A DNA stretch of 64,000 nucleotides from an uncultured Planctomycetia bacterium. Its GTDB lineage: Bacteria > Omnitrophota > Gorgyraeia > Duberdicusellales > 4484-171. Under the pieces are notes generated by a model. The model was given only the letters and a program-made list of their open reading frames with translations. It was not told the DNA's origin and did no database searches. The stretch lies in assembly GCA_964635565.1 (NCBI GenBank), contig CAZWON010000003.1:5345-69344 (forward strand), read 5' to 3'. The translations under genes and the position numbers were made by a program. Positions 1-9,607 of the stretch are shown here, piece by piece; positions within the stretch are counted from its first letter, which is position 1, and the number at the start of each line of letters is the position of its first letter.

Positions 1-792
1 CGCAGCATCAGAAATAGGGGTTAAGGTATATGCGGATTTGCTTAAGAGCTCTCCTAAAACTCCTGTGGTTACAAAAACAACTAAAAAATAAAGGACGCTC
101 ACTACAAGAAGGGAAAAAATCATTCCTAAAGGAACAACCCTGGCTGGCTCTTTTGTCTCCTCCGCTATACTGGCTACTTTAAGGAGACCGCCATAAGAAA
201 CAAAAACAAAACCTGCTGTAGAAAATACTGATTTCCACTCTCCTCTGATAAAAGGCTCAAAATTACTTACTTTAACAAAAGGAAGTCCTCTAACAATATA
301 AAATATAAGAACAGAAATAAGCGCAAAAACCATAAATACCTGCAACCTTCCTGCTTCTTTTATACCTATAATATTGATAAAAACAAAAAGTATAGTAAAA
401 ACAAAAGCAATAATATTAATATTAATATTAACCAGCAAAACTGTAAAAGCAGCCATTCCCACAAGAGCAAAAACACTCTTCAAAGACAGAGAAAACCAAG
501 TAATAAGACCATCTATTGTCCCCATAGCAGGACCCATACTGCGTACAACATAAAAGTATGTTCCTCCTGCTTTGGGCATTGCAGAAACTAACTCTGCCTG
601 GCTTAACATTCCTGTAACAGCTAACAAACCAGCAAGAAAATAAGAAACTACCACTGCGGGACCGCATTGAGCATAGGCTAAACCAGGAAGGATAAATAGC
701 CCTGAACTTATCATTGCCCCTGAAGCTACAGAGAAAATATCTATGAAAGTGAGCTCTTTTTTTAATTTAAAAAAGTCTTTTTTCAAAACCAT
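1..792 (-). CDS. APC-family amino acid permease, N-terminal part; gene runs off the window start
   Basis: Own translation of the minus strand from the ATG at 792: MVLKKDFFKLKKELTFIDIFSVASGAMISSGLFILPGLAYAQCGPAVVVSYFLAGLLAVTGMLSQAELVSAMPKAGGTYFYVVRSMGPAMG... The GAMIGSG-like and AGG.Y.Y motifs and hydrophobic TM segments are typical of the APC superfamily. Absent from the supplied ORF track because it is open to the edge. The start codon sits 1 nt after the murF stop (TAAGATG). Confidence 0.6.
   Translation of the reverse strand, partial: MVLKKDFFKLKKELTFIDIFSVASGAMISSGLFILPGLAYAQCGPAVVVSYFLAGLLAVTGMLSQAELVSAMPKAGGTYFYVVRSMGPAMGTIDGLITWFSLSLKSVFALVGMAAFTVLLVNININIIAFVFTILFVFINIIGIKEAGRLQVFMVFALISVLIFYIVRGLPFVKVSNFEPFIRGEWKSVFSTAGFVFVSYGGLLKVASIAEETKEPARVVPLGMIFSLLVVSVLYFLVVFVTTGVLGELLSKSAYTLTPISDAA
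411..437. repeat. (ATTAAT)n hexanucleotide microsatellite inside the permease coding region (encodes NINININ)
   Basis: aatattaatattaatattaatattaac read directly; four or more units. Confidence 0.6.
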
Positions 793-793
793 C

Positions 794-2167
794 TTATTCT
801 TTAAAAAGGAGGCTGAATTTTTCTGCAAGTCTTTCCAACCCCATTGCCCGCGAACCTTTAATAAGTAAAAAAGAGCGACGCCTTAACACACTAATAAGAA
901 ATTTTACAGCCTCGTCAATGGTTTTACAATAGGCAATTTTAAAACCAGCTCCTCCTTCTTCTGCACCGCGCCCAATATAATAAGCATTATTACCTACACA
1001 GACTAACGCCTTAAAGTTAAATCTACTAACAAACCTACCTATCTCATAATGAAAACGCACAGAATCTTTACCTAGCTCAGACATATCCCCTAAAATAGCT
1101 ATCTTATTTTTACTCTTTATCACTCCAAAAGAAATTAAAGCCTCCTTTACCGAAACAGGGTTGGCATTAAAACAGTCGTTAATTATACATATATCTTTTA
1201 TTCTGATGACCTCTGAACGTAGAGGAAGAAATTTAAAGTTCTTAAAAAGCTCTGCGCTCTTTTTTAAAGATAGACCAAAAATCCCTACACTTACTCCTAT
1301 CGCTGCTATGGCATTATAAATATTCTTATAAAAAACTGTAGGCAAAACGAACCGCACTCCTTCTACATCAAAATAAAAATGGTTCCTCTTAAATTCAATA
1401 TTCTTTGCTCTAAAATCAGCCTTTTTCTTTACTCCAAAAGTTATTATACATTTTGTTGCTGATGATTTCTTTAACTTAAAGAAATACTCGTCGTCTTTAT
1501 TTATAACAGAAATACCTTCTGAAGGAAGCGATTTAAGCAATTCCGCTTTTTCTCTGAAAACACCATAAACTGTTCTTAAACTCTCTAAGTGAGTAGGACC
1601 GATATTAGTAACCACCCCCACTATAGGTTTAACTATCTTAGATAACCGTTTTATTCCTCCTATTATATTTGTTTCCATTTCCTGAATAAGTATCTGTGTA
1701 TCCTCTTTTATCTTAAATATTGTAAGAGGAACCCCTACAAAATTATTGAAACTCGCAAAAGATGCAATAACTCTAAATTTATGTGATAAAAGATAACATA
1801 TCATCTCTTTGGTAGTAGTTTTCCCATTAGACCCTGTTACTCCTACTACTTTCACATTATATTTAGAACGATAATAAGAAGCGATATCCCCCAAAGCCTT
1901 AAGAGTATCTTTTACTTTTATAACAGAAATTTCTTCTTTTAAAGCAGGTATCCTTTTAGACACCAAAGCTGCTTGCGCTCCCCTTTTAAGTGCTTCTTTA
2001 ACAAAGCTGTGACCATCAAATCTTCTCCCTTCTAAAGCAATAAATAAATCTCCCTTTTTTGTAGTACGAGAGTCTATAGATATACCCTTAATGATTTTAT
2101 TTCCTAATGATGACTGAGGTAAAGGAACAGAAAGAGCTTTTGATATTTCTCTAAATGTAAGTTTCAT
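794..2167 (-). CDS. murF: UDP-N-acetylmuramoyl-tripeptide--D-alanyl-D-alanine ligase
   Basis: Mur ligase P-loop GVTGSNGKTTTKEM, 457 aa, Mur ligase middle and C-terminal domain pattern. Located away from the dcw cluster. Confidence 0.88.
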   Translation of the reverse strand: MKLTFREISKALSVPLPQSSLGNKIIKGISIDSRTTKKGDLFIALEGRRFDGHSFVKEALKRGAQAALVSKRIPALKEEISVIKVKDTLKALGDIASYYRSKYNVKVVGVTGSNGKTTTKEMICYLLSHKFRVIASFASFNNFVGVPLTIFKIKEDTQILIQEMETNIIGGIKRLSKIVKPIVGVVTNIGPTHLESLRTVYGVFREKAELLKSLPSEGISVINKDDEYFFKLKKSSATKCIITFGVKKKADFRAKNIEFKRNHFYFDVEGVRFVLPTVFYKNIYNAIAAIGVSVGIFGLSLKKSAELFKNFKFLPLRSEVIRIKDICIINDCFNANPVSVKEALISFGVIKSKNKIAILGDMSELGKDSVRFHYEIGRFVSRFNFKALVCVGNNAYYIGRGAEEGGAGFKIAYCKTIDEAVKFLISVLRRRSFLLIKGSRAMGLERLAEKFSLLFKE

Positions 2168-2174
2168 ACAGCTT

Positions 2175-3233
2175 TTAAATAATCAACATTGCATCACCAA
2201 AACTATAAAATCGGAATTTCCTTTTGATAGCATAATTATAGGCTTCTTTGATAAGCTCACCTCCTGCAAAAGCAGACACTAGAACAAGATTGGTTGATAA
2301 AGGAAGATGAAAATTAGTAAGAAGGCTATCGATAATCTTAAACTTGTATTGGGGATGGATAAAAAGAGAGGTTTTTTTTCTACCTGCCTTAATATAAAAA
2401 CCACTCTTCTTTTTCTCTACAGAACTTTCCAATGCACGGACAGCAGTAGTACCCACAGCAATAACTCTCTTTTTCTCCTTTTTTGCCCTGTTAATTATAT
2501 CAGCACACTTAGAAGAGATAAAGAACTCTTCCTCTTCCATTCTATGGTCTTCTATATTTTCTGTCCTAATAGGACGGAAAGTTCCTATTCCTACATGGAG
2601 AGTGAGATAAACAACAGTTATTCCTTTTTCTTTTAATTTAGCAAGAATATCTTTGGTAAAATGGAATCCTGCAGTAGGGGCTGCTATTGAACCTTCTTTT
2701 TCAGCATAAACAGTTTGATAACGGCTATTATCCTTTAATTTTGTTTTAATATATGGAGGAGTAGGCATTTCTCCATAAAGGTTAAGGATAGATTTAACAT
2801 CGAGGAAGGGTGTTTTAACCAACCATCTTCCTCCTCTAATTCTCTTTACTGCTTTAAACTCCACGTTATCGGATAAAATAACTTTTGTATCTTCCTTCAA
2901 TCTTTTCTGGGGCTTAACCAAAACTTCCCATAATCCTTTTCTATATTCTTTAATAAATAAAAACTCAATTCTTGCTCCACTTTCCTTTCTACCGTATATC
3001 TTTGCAGGTAAAACTTTTGTATCGTTTAAGACCAAACAATCAGAGGGCAAGAGTAAATCAACAATATCCTTAAAAACAAATTCCTTTAATTTTCTTTCCT
3101 TTCTTTGAACCACTAAAAGACGCGAAAACTCCCTTTTCTCTAAAGGTTCTTGAGCAATATACTGGTGTGGTAGATAGTAGTTAAACTCAGCCGACTTCAT
3201 AGATAAGTTGTTATTCAATATCTTTCCCTGCAA
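2175..3233 (-). CDS. queA: S-adenosylmethionine:tRNA ribosyltransferase-isomerase
   Basis: N-terminus MKSAEFNYYLPHQYIAQEPLEKREFSRLLVV is the QueA signature; 352 aa. Confidence 0.88.
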   Translation of the reverse strand: MQGKILNNNLSMKSAEFNYYLPHQYIAQEPLEKREFSRLLVVQRKERKLKEFVFKDIVDLLLPSDCLVLNDTKVLPAKIYGRKESGARIEFLFIKEYRKGLWEVLVKPQKRLKEDTKVILSDNVEFKAVKRIRGGRWLVKTPFLDVKSILNLYGEMPTPPYIKTKLKDNSRYQTVYAEKEGSIAAPTAGFHFTKDILAKLKEKGITVVYLTLHVGIGTFRPIRTENIEDHRMEEEEFFISSKCADIINRAKKEKKRVIAVGTTAVRALESSVEKKKSGFYIKAGRKKTSLFIHPQYKFKIIDSLLTNFHLPLSTNLVLVSAFAGGELIKEAYNYAIKRKFRFYSFGDAMLII

Positions 3234-4116
3234 GAAGACGCAGTGCTTCTCGATATTTCTCCTCTGTTTTTGCTACTATCTCTGGGGGAAGAGGTGGGGC
3301 AGGAGGGCTTTTGTCCCAATTAATATTCTCCAAGTAATCACGGACAAACTGTTTGTCAAAACTAATCTGTGGTCCCCCTGGCTTATATTTTTTCTTGGAC
3401 CAAAAACGAGAGGAATCAGGTGTTAATACCTCATCAATAAGTGTAAGTTGGTTATTAATGAGCCCAAATTCAAACTTAGTATCTGCTATAACAATTCCTC
3501 TTATAAATGCATAAATCCTTGCTCCCTTATATAACTGAATACTTATCTCTCTCATCTTCTGAACCAGAGTATTTCCCAGAAGCTGTTGGGCATTCTGGAA
3601 ATTAATATTCTCATCATGGCCATGTTCTGCTTTGCGTGCAGGAGTAAAGATTGGCTCAGAGAGCTTATCTGCCTCTCTTAACCCTTCAGGAAGCTTAATC
3701 CCGCATATCTCCCCTCTTTCCTTATATTCCCGCCAGGCAGAACCTGCTAAATAACCACGCACCACACACTCTAAAGGTATGGGCCGTGCTTTTCTTACTA
3801 TCATAGAACGACCTTTTAGTATATCAGCATATTTGGATAATTGCGGATACTTAGAAATATCAGAAGTAACAAAGTGATTAGGAGTAATCACACGAGAAAA
3901 ATTAAACCACAAACAGGATAGTTGGGTTAATACCTTTCCTTTGTTAGGAATACCTGTGGGTAGAACAACATCGAAGCAGGAAATTCTATCTGTAGCAACA
4001 ATAAGAAAATGTTTATCGTCAAGTTCATATATATCACGTACTTTACCCCGTTTAAAAAGCTTTAAATCTTTAAAATCAGTTGTAGAAACAATTTTTTCTG
4101 CCATGCTAAAACCCAT
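3211..4116 (-). CDS. purC: phosphoribosylaminoimidazole-succinocarboxamide (SAICAR) synthase
   Basis: GKVRDIYELDDKHFLIVATDRISCFDVVL motif typical of long-form PurC; 301 aa. Confidence 0.88.
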   Translation of the reverse strand: MGFSMAEKIVSTTDFKDLKLFKRGKVRDIYELDDKHFLIVATDRISCFDVVLPTGIPNKGKVLTQLSCLWFNFSRVITPNHFVTSDISKYPQLSKYADILKGRSMIVRKARPIPLECVVRGYLAGSAWREYKERGEICGIKLPEGLREADKLSEPIFTPARKAEHGHDENINFQNAQQLLGNTLVQKMREISIQLYKGARIYAFIRGIVIADTKFEFGLINNQLTLIDEVLTPDSSRFWSKKKYKPGGPQISFDKQFVRDYLENINWDKSPPAPPLPPEIVAKTEEKYREALRLLAGKDIE

Positions 4117-4420
4117 CTTAAATCCTTTTCAAAAAATAAACCAATATATTCATCGTTTTCCTCTTAAGAAGAAAAAATTTTTTGTGCCTTATGCATATTA
4201 AGAAGTATTAAAATTATCTTATCTTTTTCTTTATATATTATATTTTAGCGAAATTTTTAAGATACGCAAGACAAAGTAACCGAAACAAAGAAAAGTAAAG
4301 ACACATGGTATACAGATAAAACCTTTTCTTTGATAAGGAGCTATTTAAAAGGTTAAAAAGGAGCGCACTAAAAATCAAAGTTACTTCTAAAAAGCCCAAA
4401 ACAAAGAATACTCCTTTTCC

Positions 4421-4433
4421 TGAAAATCGGACT
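4421..4433. terminator. Short GC hairpin (cggac-ttt-gtccg) flanked by A/T runs; candidate bidirectional terminator in the 1 kb gene-poor spacer
   Basis: Perfect 5-bp stem with a 3-nt loop. aaaaatt follows on the plus strand; attttc follows on the minus strand. Confidence 0.25.
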
Positions 4434-5111
4434 TTGTCCGAAAAATTAAGAAAGATAAACAAAGTAAATAAAGAAAGTTAAATTTTAAAGGGAATTATTC
4501 AGTTTATCAGCCTTCTAATATAATAAATACACACTCTCTTTTTACCACCAACCCAAAAAAGAAATGGCAAAGATTTAAAGAATTTATAAAAAACAATACT
4601 TTCATAACACCCCAACCTCTTTCTTCCTGGAAAGATTATAGTAAATAATATCCTCTTTTGAAAAATCTGACCAAAAAGAAAGCTGGGGCTATGACTTATT
4701 ATACCATCTATTCAGGAATGATGAACTTTTTTGATTGCCGGCTTAAAATGATGCAGTTTGCTGATGAAGACTATATATTATCCTTAAGGGATAAACATCC
4801 ATCCTGGAGAGTGAATGTGAAAGTTTCAATAGTCAAGATGATTTCTTTGTTAAAGTCTATTCCTACCTTTTATTCTTTAACTATGAAAGAGAAAATACCA
4901 ATAAAGATAATAAATCCCCTTATCAGTTACTCAAAGAAAAAGAACCTCATTTAAATGATAAAATCTTGAATTTACCACCAATGAGGTTAGAATGGTTAGT
5001 TGAAGAAATGAAAGAGAGTAACGATTATAAAAGTGTATACCATCTACTTTTACTGTCCAAAGTAATCGAAACAAACTTGCCAGTATTAGAATATTCTCAT
5101 TCCTCCATCAT

Positions 5112-7094
5112 CTAATATATCTTTTCTATCTTTATATTTTTGTAGTAGTGTCTAAGAATATCTTTATAGCTATAGCCCTCTTCTGCCATCTGTATTGCTC
5201 CTTCTTGACACATTCCCACGCCATGACCAAAACCTCCCCCCCATATTAAAACAAGTTTAGGGAGTCGGTTTTTTTCTTCATTTGTATATTTTATTTCTAT
5301 AATGAAAGTACTGCTTCTTAGATTATCCCAGAAATTTCTTATATCTAAATCGCCCCTTAAGTCAATCACTTTATTACCTAAAACTATCTTCATCGCATCT
5401 ATATGACCACAATCTCCTCGTTTAACTATCTTGATATCTTTAATACTCTTAAGAGAAAAACCAAAAACCATTACAAAATCTTCCTCATCATAAATTCTTT
5501 GCCAGCGAAAATTGCTTTTGCGTTTCGTATAAGAACAAAAAGTTAAAGGATAAGATTTAAGCCAATTTTCTAAATTTTCCTTTAAAAAATAAGAAGTTCT
5601 CTTTTTTTCTAAGTCGTATTTGTTTTGGAGATACTGTTTCTTCCCAAATAAATCACTCCTTAAACATCCTCCACAATTAGAATGATAAAATGCTTCAATA
5701 GGTTTATCACCACAAAACATAACCTCTCCATATGTCTGGTTAACAGCTCTGATAGTCTCTTTTCTCTCACTACTCATCCCGCAATAAACCTGACAATGGA
5801 CAGTGCGACAAAAATCAAATCTTTTGTGTCTATACCCTTTACCCATATGTTTAACAATAAGCGTGCGTGCTGCTACTGCCTGGGCTTTTAATGCCTCTAA
5901 AGGAGCATAAGAATATATTTCGCTGGGTAAAATTCCATAAAGATACTCTTCTATATTTATCACATTAATAACAGTTAAAGTGTGGTGGTGACCAATAATC
6001 TCTAAACTACCTCTTAAAGATAAATCTCTGGTAGCTTCCCAGAAATTACCCTTCCCATAAATAGCCCCGAGAATATAAAAGGGATGATTCGTTGTCTTTA
6101 AATAGAGGGGCAATTTTATTTTTGTGATTATTTTATTATCCTCGTAGGTTTTAAGATAAGCCTCCCCCTTTTCTATCGTGATGGTATATAAAGTATCTTC
6201 TTTAAGAAGAAGATGATATTCGTTATCTTCTAAGATAATATTTCCTGAAGATTTAAAACTAACTGAATTCACTCCTTCCAAAATACCTATCCTGACCAAG
6301 GGAATATTATCCCCTAATGACTTGTAGGAAGTTAGTTTTATCTCTTTTCTCTTCTTTAAGAGTTGTTTCTTTTTTTGTAAAAAATACTCTTTACCGAGCA
6401 ATTTCTTAATATAAACTATATCTTGAGCAATCATCTTACTATGGGGATAGAAATTCTGTGCTTTAAGAAAATATCTATACGCAAAGGGAAAGTTTTTTTT
6501 CTTTAAATAGCACTTACCTAAATAATAATTGGCCAATCTTACACTGGGATCGTATTCTATCAGTCTACTAAAATACTTAATTGCCAAAGAATAATTCTTT
6601 CTCCGATAGAACATCTTTCCTAGCCTATACAATGCTATTGAATTATCTTCTAATTTTAAGGATCTCCGATAGTATTTAACTGCAGAAAAGAAATCTTTTA
6701 AATCCTCGTATATCAATCCTAAATAAATATAAACAAATACAGTAGGATGTTTATAAACTAAAGGTTTTAAAAGAGAAAGGGCCTTTTTACTTTCTCCTGT
6801 AAGATAATAAAGTTGAGATAATAAAAACTTCGTTTTATTATTCGTTTTTTTATCTGAGGATGAATTTAGTAATTTAATAGCTTCCTTATATTTCCTTTCC
6901 TCTTTATAATCAAATATCTTTTTTAGGTAAGTACCATCTTTATAGTCAATTTTTCTAAGATAATTCTCAATAATATCGGAGGAAAGATTATCCTTGTAGG
7001 TTTTAGAAAAAACCATCGAGAAAATAGAAGAGAATATAATAGAAAATAAAAAGAGTCTCCTGGGAATAATATTCTTATTCACGCATCTGGCCAT
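5112..7094 (-). CDS. Secreted TPR-repeat protein with a C-terminal SpoIID/LytB domain
   Basis: N-terminal signal peptide and multiple TPR-like repeats. C-terminal EALKAQAVAARTL...CRTVHCQVYCG...YHSNCGG matches SpoIID/LytB family motifs. Overlaps the downstream ORF by 20 nt. Confidence 0.72.
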   Translation of the reverse strand: MARCVNKNIIPRRLFLFSIIFSSIFSMVFSKTYKDNLSSDIIENYLRKIDYKDGTYLKKIFDYKEERKYKEAIKLLNSSSDKKTNNKTKFLLSQLYYLTGESKKALSLLKPLVYKHPTVFVYIYLGLIYEDLKDFFSAVKYYRRSLKLEDNSIALYRLGKMFYRRKNYSLAIKYFSRLIEYDPSVRLANYYLGKCYLKKKNFPFAYRYFLKAQNFYPHSKMIAQDIVYIKKLLGKEYFLQKKKQLLKKRKEIKLTSYKSLGDNIPLVRIGILEGVNSVSFKSSGNIILEDNEYHLLLKEDTLYTITIEKGEAYLKTYEDNKIITKIKLPLYLKTTNHPFYILGAIYGKGNFWEATRDLSLRGSLEIIGHHHTLTVINVINIEEYLYGILPSEIYSYAPLEALKAQAVAARTLIVKHMGKGYRHKRFDFCRTVHCQVYCGMSSERKETIRAVNQTYGEVMFCGDKPIEAFYHSNCGGCLRSDLFGKKQYLQNKYDLEKKRTSYFLKENLENWLKSYPLTFCSYTKRKSNFRWQRIYDEEDFVMVFGFSLKSIKDIKIVKRGDCGHIDAMKIVLGNKVIDLRGDLDIRNFWDNLRSSTFIIEIKYTNEEKNRLPKLVLIWGGGFGHGVGMCQEGAIQMAEEGYSYKDILRHYYKNIKIEKIY

Positions 7095-7542
7095 CAGGAG
7101 GGCTTAAACTAATAATCTCTTTAGGTTCCACTCTAATTACATACTTGGGATGAGACATCCTAATCTCAGGATGATACAAAGAAGATTTATCTTTTTTAAT
7201 ATGAATCAGAATTCTTCTTAAGACCCTCTCTAACAATCTCTCATCCCACCTCTTTAATAAACTGCTTCTATCAGAGGATAAATCCACTATTGTCGCTTTT
7301 CCCTTTACGCAGTATCCCATAAATTTTTCCTCATCTACTGCAGTAATACTTACTAAATTATTCTTCTTAATATTAACATAGGTATTATGGGTGTATAAAT
7401 CAAGTAAATAAATTTTATCTTCTTCAACATCCAGTATTCCTTTACAAGAAGTATGAGGGAAACCATTATTATCTACTGTTGCAATAATTACAAAGCGTTG
7501 ACGGTTAAAAAAGTCTATAATATCTTTTCCTAGTTTCTTCAT
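7075..7542 (-). CDS. Pyridoxamine 5'-phosphate oxidase-like FMN-binding split-barrel protein (putative)
   Basis: FVIIATVDNNGFPHTSCKG pattern typical of the PNPOx-like fold; 155 aa. Confidence 0.4.
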   Translation of the reverse strand: MKKLGKDIIDFFNRQRFVIIATVDNNGFPHTSCKGILDVEEDKIYLLDLYTHNTYVNIKKNNLVSITAVDEEKFMGYCVKGKATIVDLSSDRSSLLKRWDERLLERVLRRILIHIKKDKSSLYHPEIRMSHPKYVIRVEPKEIISLSPPDGQMRE

Positions 7543-7575
7543 TTATCTGGAGAAATAATATATTCTCTCTTGTTC

Positions 7576-7830
7576 CTATTCCTTTACAAGAAATACTCTA
7601 TCATTAGGATGAACTTTGTTAATTATTTTTATTCCTACTAAATCACCTTTTTTAGCTTTCTCAACGGATTTATGTTCTATCTGCATAGATTCAACAATTT
7701 GGGTAAAATCGTCATGTACTCCTTTAATATGGATAGTATCGCCGACTTTTAGCTCATCTTTCAGCTGGACTATTCCTACAGAAATTTTGCCAAAGTAATG
7801 TGTTACAATTCCTATTTCTTTTTCTTCCAT
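7576..7830 (-). CDS. Small beta-barrel protein, EF-Tu domain-2-like (translation elongation factor-like hypothetical)
   Basis: 84 aa, GKISVGIVQLKDELKVGDTIHIKG...GDLVGIKI pattern resembling EF-Tu domain 2 / TRAM-like barrels. Confidence 0.3.
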   Translation of the reverse strand: MEEKEIGIVTHYFGKISVGIVQLKDELKVGDTIHIKGVHDDFTQIVESMQIEHKSVEKAKKGDLVGIKIINKVHPNDRVFLVKE

Positions 7831-7942
7831 TATCCACCTCCCTTTTAATTACTCTCACTAACCCACCTTTACCTGCAAATATAAAATCAAATGCTAAATA
7901 AAATACACCGCCTCTATAAAAGGTAAACTCAACAAAAATAAC

Positions 7943-8770
7943 TTAAGAATTGAAAAAACCAATTTTTTCTTTTCCTATCACAGGAATCTTAAGGGCGTAA
8001 GCATATTTTAAAAAGTTTTTCTTGTCTAGAATAATCACTCTGTTTTTCTCCAATACAAGAGCAGAAGCTTTTATTTTATTAAGAATCTTTAAAGTACTCA
8101 TTCCTACAATAGGAACATCAAATCTGAAATCCTGGTCTTTTTTACTAAACTTTAATACCACACAATCTTTTCCTGCAACTCTATATCCGCGAATAATAGT
8201 ATTATCTGTACCCTCAAGAGCCTCTAAAGCTATCACACTTTTATTTTTTATAATTATAGTTTGCCCTACATCCAGCTCCACATATCTTGAGATAAGCTCA
8301 AGTCCAAAATTTATATCCTTCCATGTTTCTTTAGCAGGCTCAATGGCACTCATTAACCCTCCGTTAGCTAAGTGTTCTTTCATATAAAGAGTAGAATCCA
8401 GAAACTCTACACCCATAATTTCTAAGGTACGAATAACTCGTGAAAATACTGTGTGGGGACGAAAATCTTTTATGTCATCAACGAGTCTTACCATACTATC
8501 ATCCCAATATTTTCTTTCAAATATTCTCTTAGGACTTATCTGGCCTACCATTACCATCTGCTTAATCTCTTCTCTATGAATTATTTCTACTAACTTCTTC
8601 AATTCACCTACATGTAACCAAAAAACTTTATCAACATAACGAGCTATTAAACGAGAAGTCTCCCCATAAAAACAAAAAGCTATTAACTCAATATCCTTAA
8701 TTTTCTCTTTTGCTGACTGAGAGAAAATAAGAGGAAAAAATTTGCTCCCTGCAATAATTCCTATTTTCAT
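7943..8770 (-). CDS. lpxI: UDP-2,3-diacylglucosamine pyrophosphatase LpxI family (DUF1009)
   Basis: N-terminus MKIGIIAGSKFFPL typical of LpxI; 275 aa; immediately downstream of lpxA as in lpxA-lpxI-lpxB clusters. Confidence 0.6.
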   Translation of the reverse strand: MKIGIIAGSKFFPLIFSQSAKEKIKDIELIAFCFYGETSRLIARYVDKVFWLHVGELKKLVEIIHREEIKQMVMVGQISPKRIFERKYWDDSMVRLVDDIKDFRPHTVFSRVIRTLEIMGVEFLDSTLYMKEHLANGGLMSAIEPAKETWKDINFGLELISRYVELDVGQTIIIKNKSVIALEALEGTDNTIIRGYRVAGKDCVVLKFSKKDQDFRFDVPIVGMSTLKILNKIKASALVLEKNRVIILDKKNFLKYAYALKIPVIGKEKIGFFNS

Positions 8771-9540
8771 CGGGAAATTCCTCTTTTAGAGGCAGAAATA
8801 AAAGATATTAAATATTCTAACTCTGAAAATGAGGGTAATGTTTTATTAATTATATCTTTGGCGTAATCAAAAGAGTGCCCTTCAAAAAATAATATTTTAA
8901 ATGCCTTGCGAAGAACTACTATTTTATCTTTTGAAAATTTTGCTCTCTTTAAGCCTATAAGATTCAACCCCTTGACGCTTGCAGGGTGACCATCACATAA
9001 AGAAAAAGGAGGGATATCTTGAACAACCTTAGAACACCCTCCAACAATGGCAAAGTCGCCAACTCGACAAAACTGATGAATCGCCACCACACCCCCAATT
9101 ACCACACGGTTACCTATTGTTACATGTCCTGCTAAAGTGGCTAAGTTTGCCAAAACATTATTATCGCCTATAACACAATTATGAGCGATATGAGAATAAG
9201 CCATAATAAGGTTGCTGCTACCTATGAGCGTCTTAGAGCCTTCTTCCGTGCCAGGATTAATTGTAACAAATTCTCTTATAATATTCTTCTCGCCAATAAT
9301 AAGAAAACTCTTTTTGCCTTTGTATTTTAAATCTTGAGGAGAACTTCCTACTACTGCGTGCGAAAATATTCTACATTCCTTCCCAATCTCAGTATAGCCG
9401 GAAATATGCGTAAATGCTCCAATTTCTGTAAACTTACCTATCTTTACATAAGGTCCAATAACAGCATAAGGGCCTACAGAAACGCCTTTATCAAGTTCGG
9501 CATGGGGGTTAACTAAAGCCTGAGGATGGATATTGCTCAT
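8767..9540 (-). CDS. lpxA: acyl-ACP--UDP-N-acetylglucosamine O-acyltransferase
   Basis: MSNIHPQALVNPHAELDKGVSVGPYAVIGPYVKIG hexapeptide left-handed beta-helix N-terminus plus C-terminal helical domain; 257 aa. Confidence 0.88.
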   Translation of the reverse strand: MSNIHPQALVNPHAELDKGVSVGPYAVIGPYVKIGKFTEIGAFTHISGYTEIGKECRIFSHAVVGSSPQDLKYKGKKSFLIIGEKNIIREFVTINPGTEEGSKTLIGSSNLIMAYSHIAHNCVIGDNNVLANLATLAGHVTIGNRVVIGGVVAIHQFCRVGDFAIVGGCSKVVQDIPPFSLCDGHPASVKGLNLIGLKRAKFSKDKIVVLRKAFKILFFEGHSFDYAKDIINKTLPSFSELEYLISFISASKRGISR

Positions 9541-9607
9541 AACACTCTTATTATATCAAAAAAATAAGGAGGGACAATAAAAATCAAATCCTGATAAAAT
9601 AAAAAGG

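Noticed and set aside
428-667. 79-aa minus-strand ORF in the track
   Set aside because: It is an alternative frame inside the APC permease gene that I translated from 792 downward; the permease frame is clearly the coding one.
2307-2636. Plus-strand ORFs in the track (2307..2636, 3208..3426, 3941..4201, 5682..5891, 7616..7798, 8022..8387, 9334..9516, 11202..11438, 11683..11928, 13093..13389, 13615..13845, 15397..15585, 16927..17154, 17663..17857, 18460..18675, 19870..20115, 20094..20606, 20692..20982 and the similar ones further on)
   Set aside because: All lie antisense inside strongly supported minus-strand genes. Their translations are low-complexity, rich in F/L/S/I and unrecognisable. 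AT-rich DNA gives long spurious antisense frames.
4238-4462. 74-aa minus-strand ORF in the AT-rich spacer
   Set aside because: Hydrophobic, low-complexity translation with no motif; likely a chance ORF in AT-rich non-coding DNA. The hairpin at 4421-4433 lies inside it.
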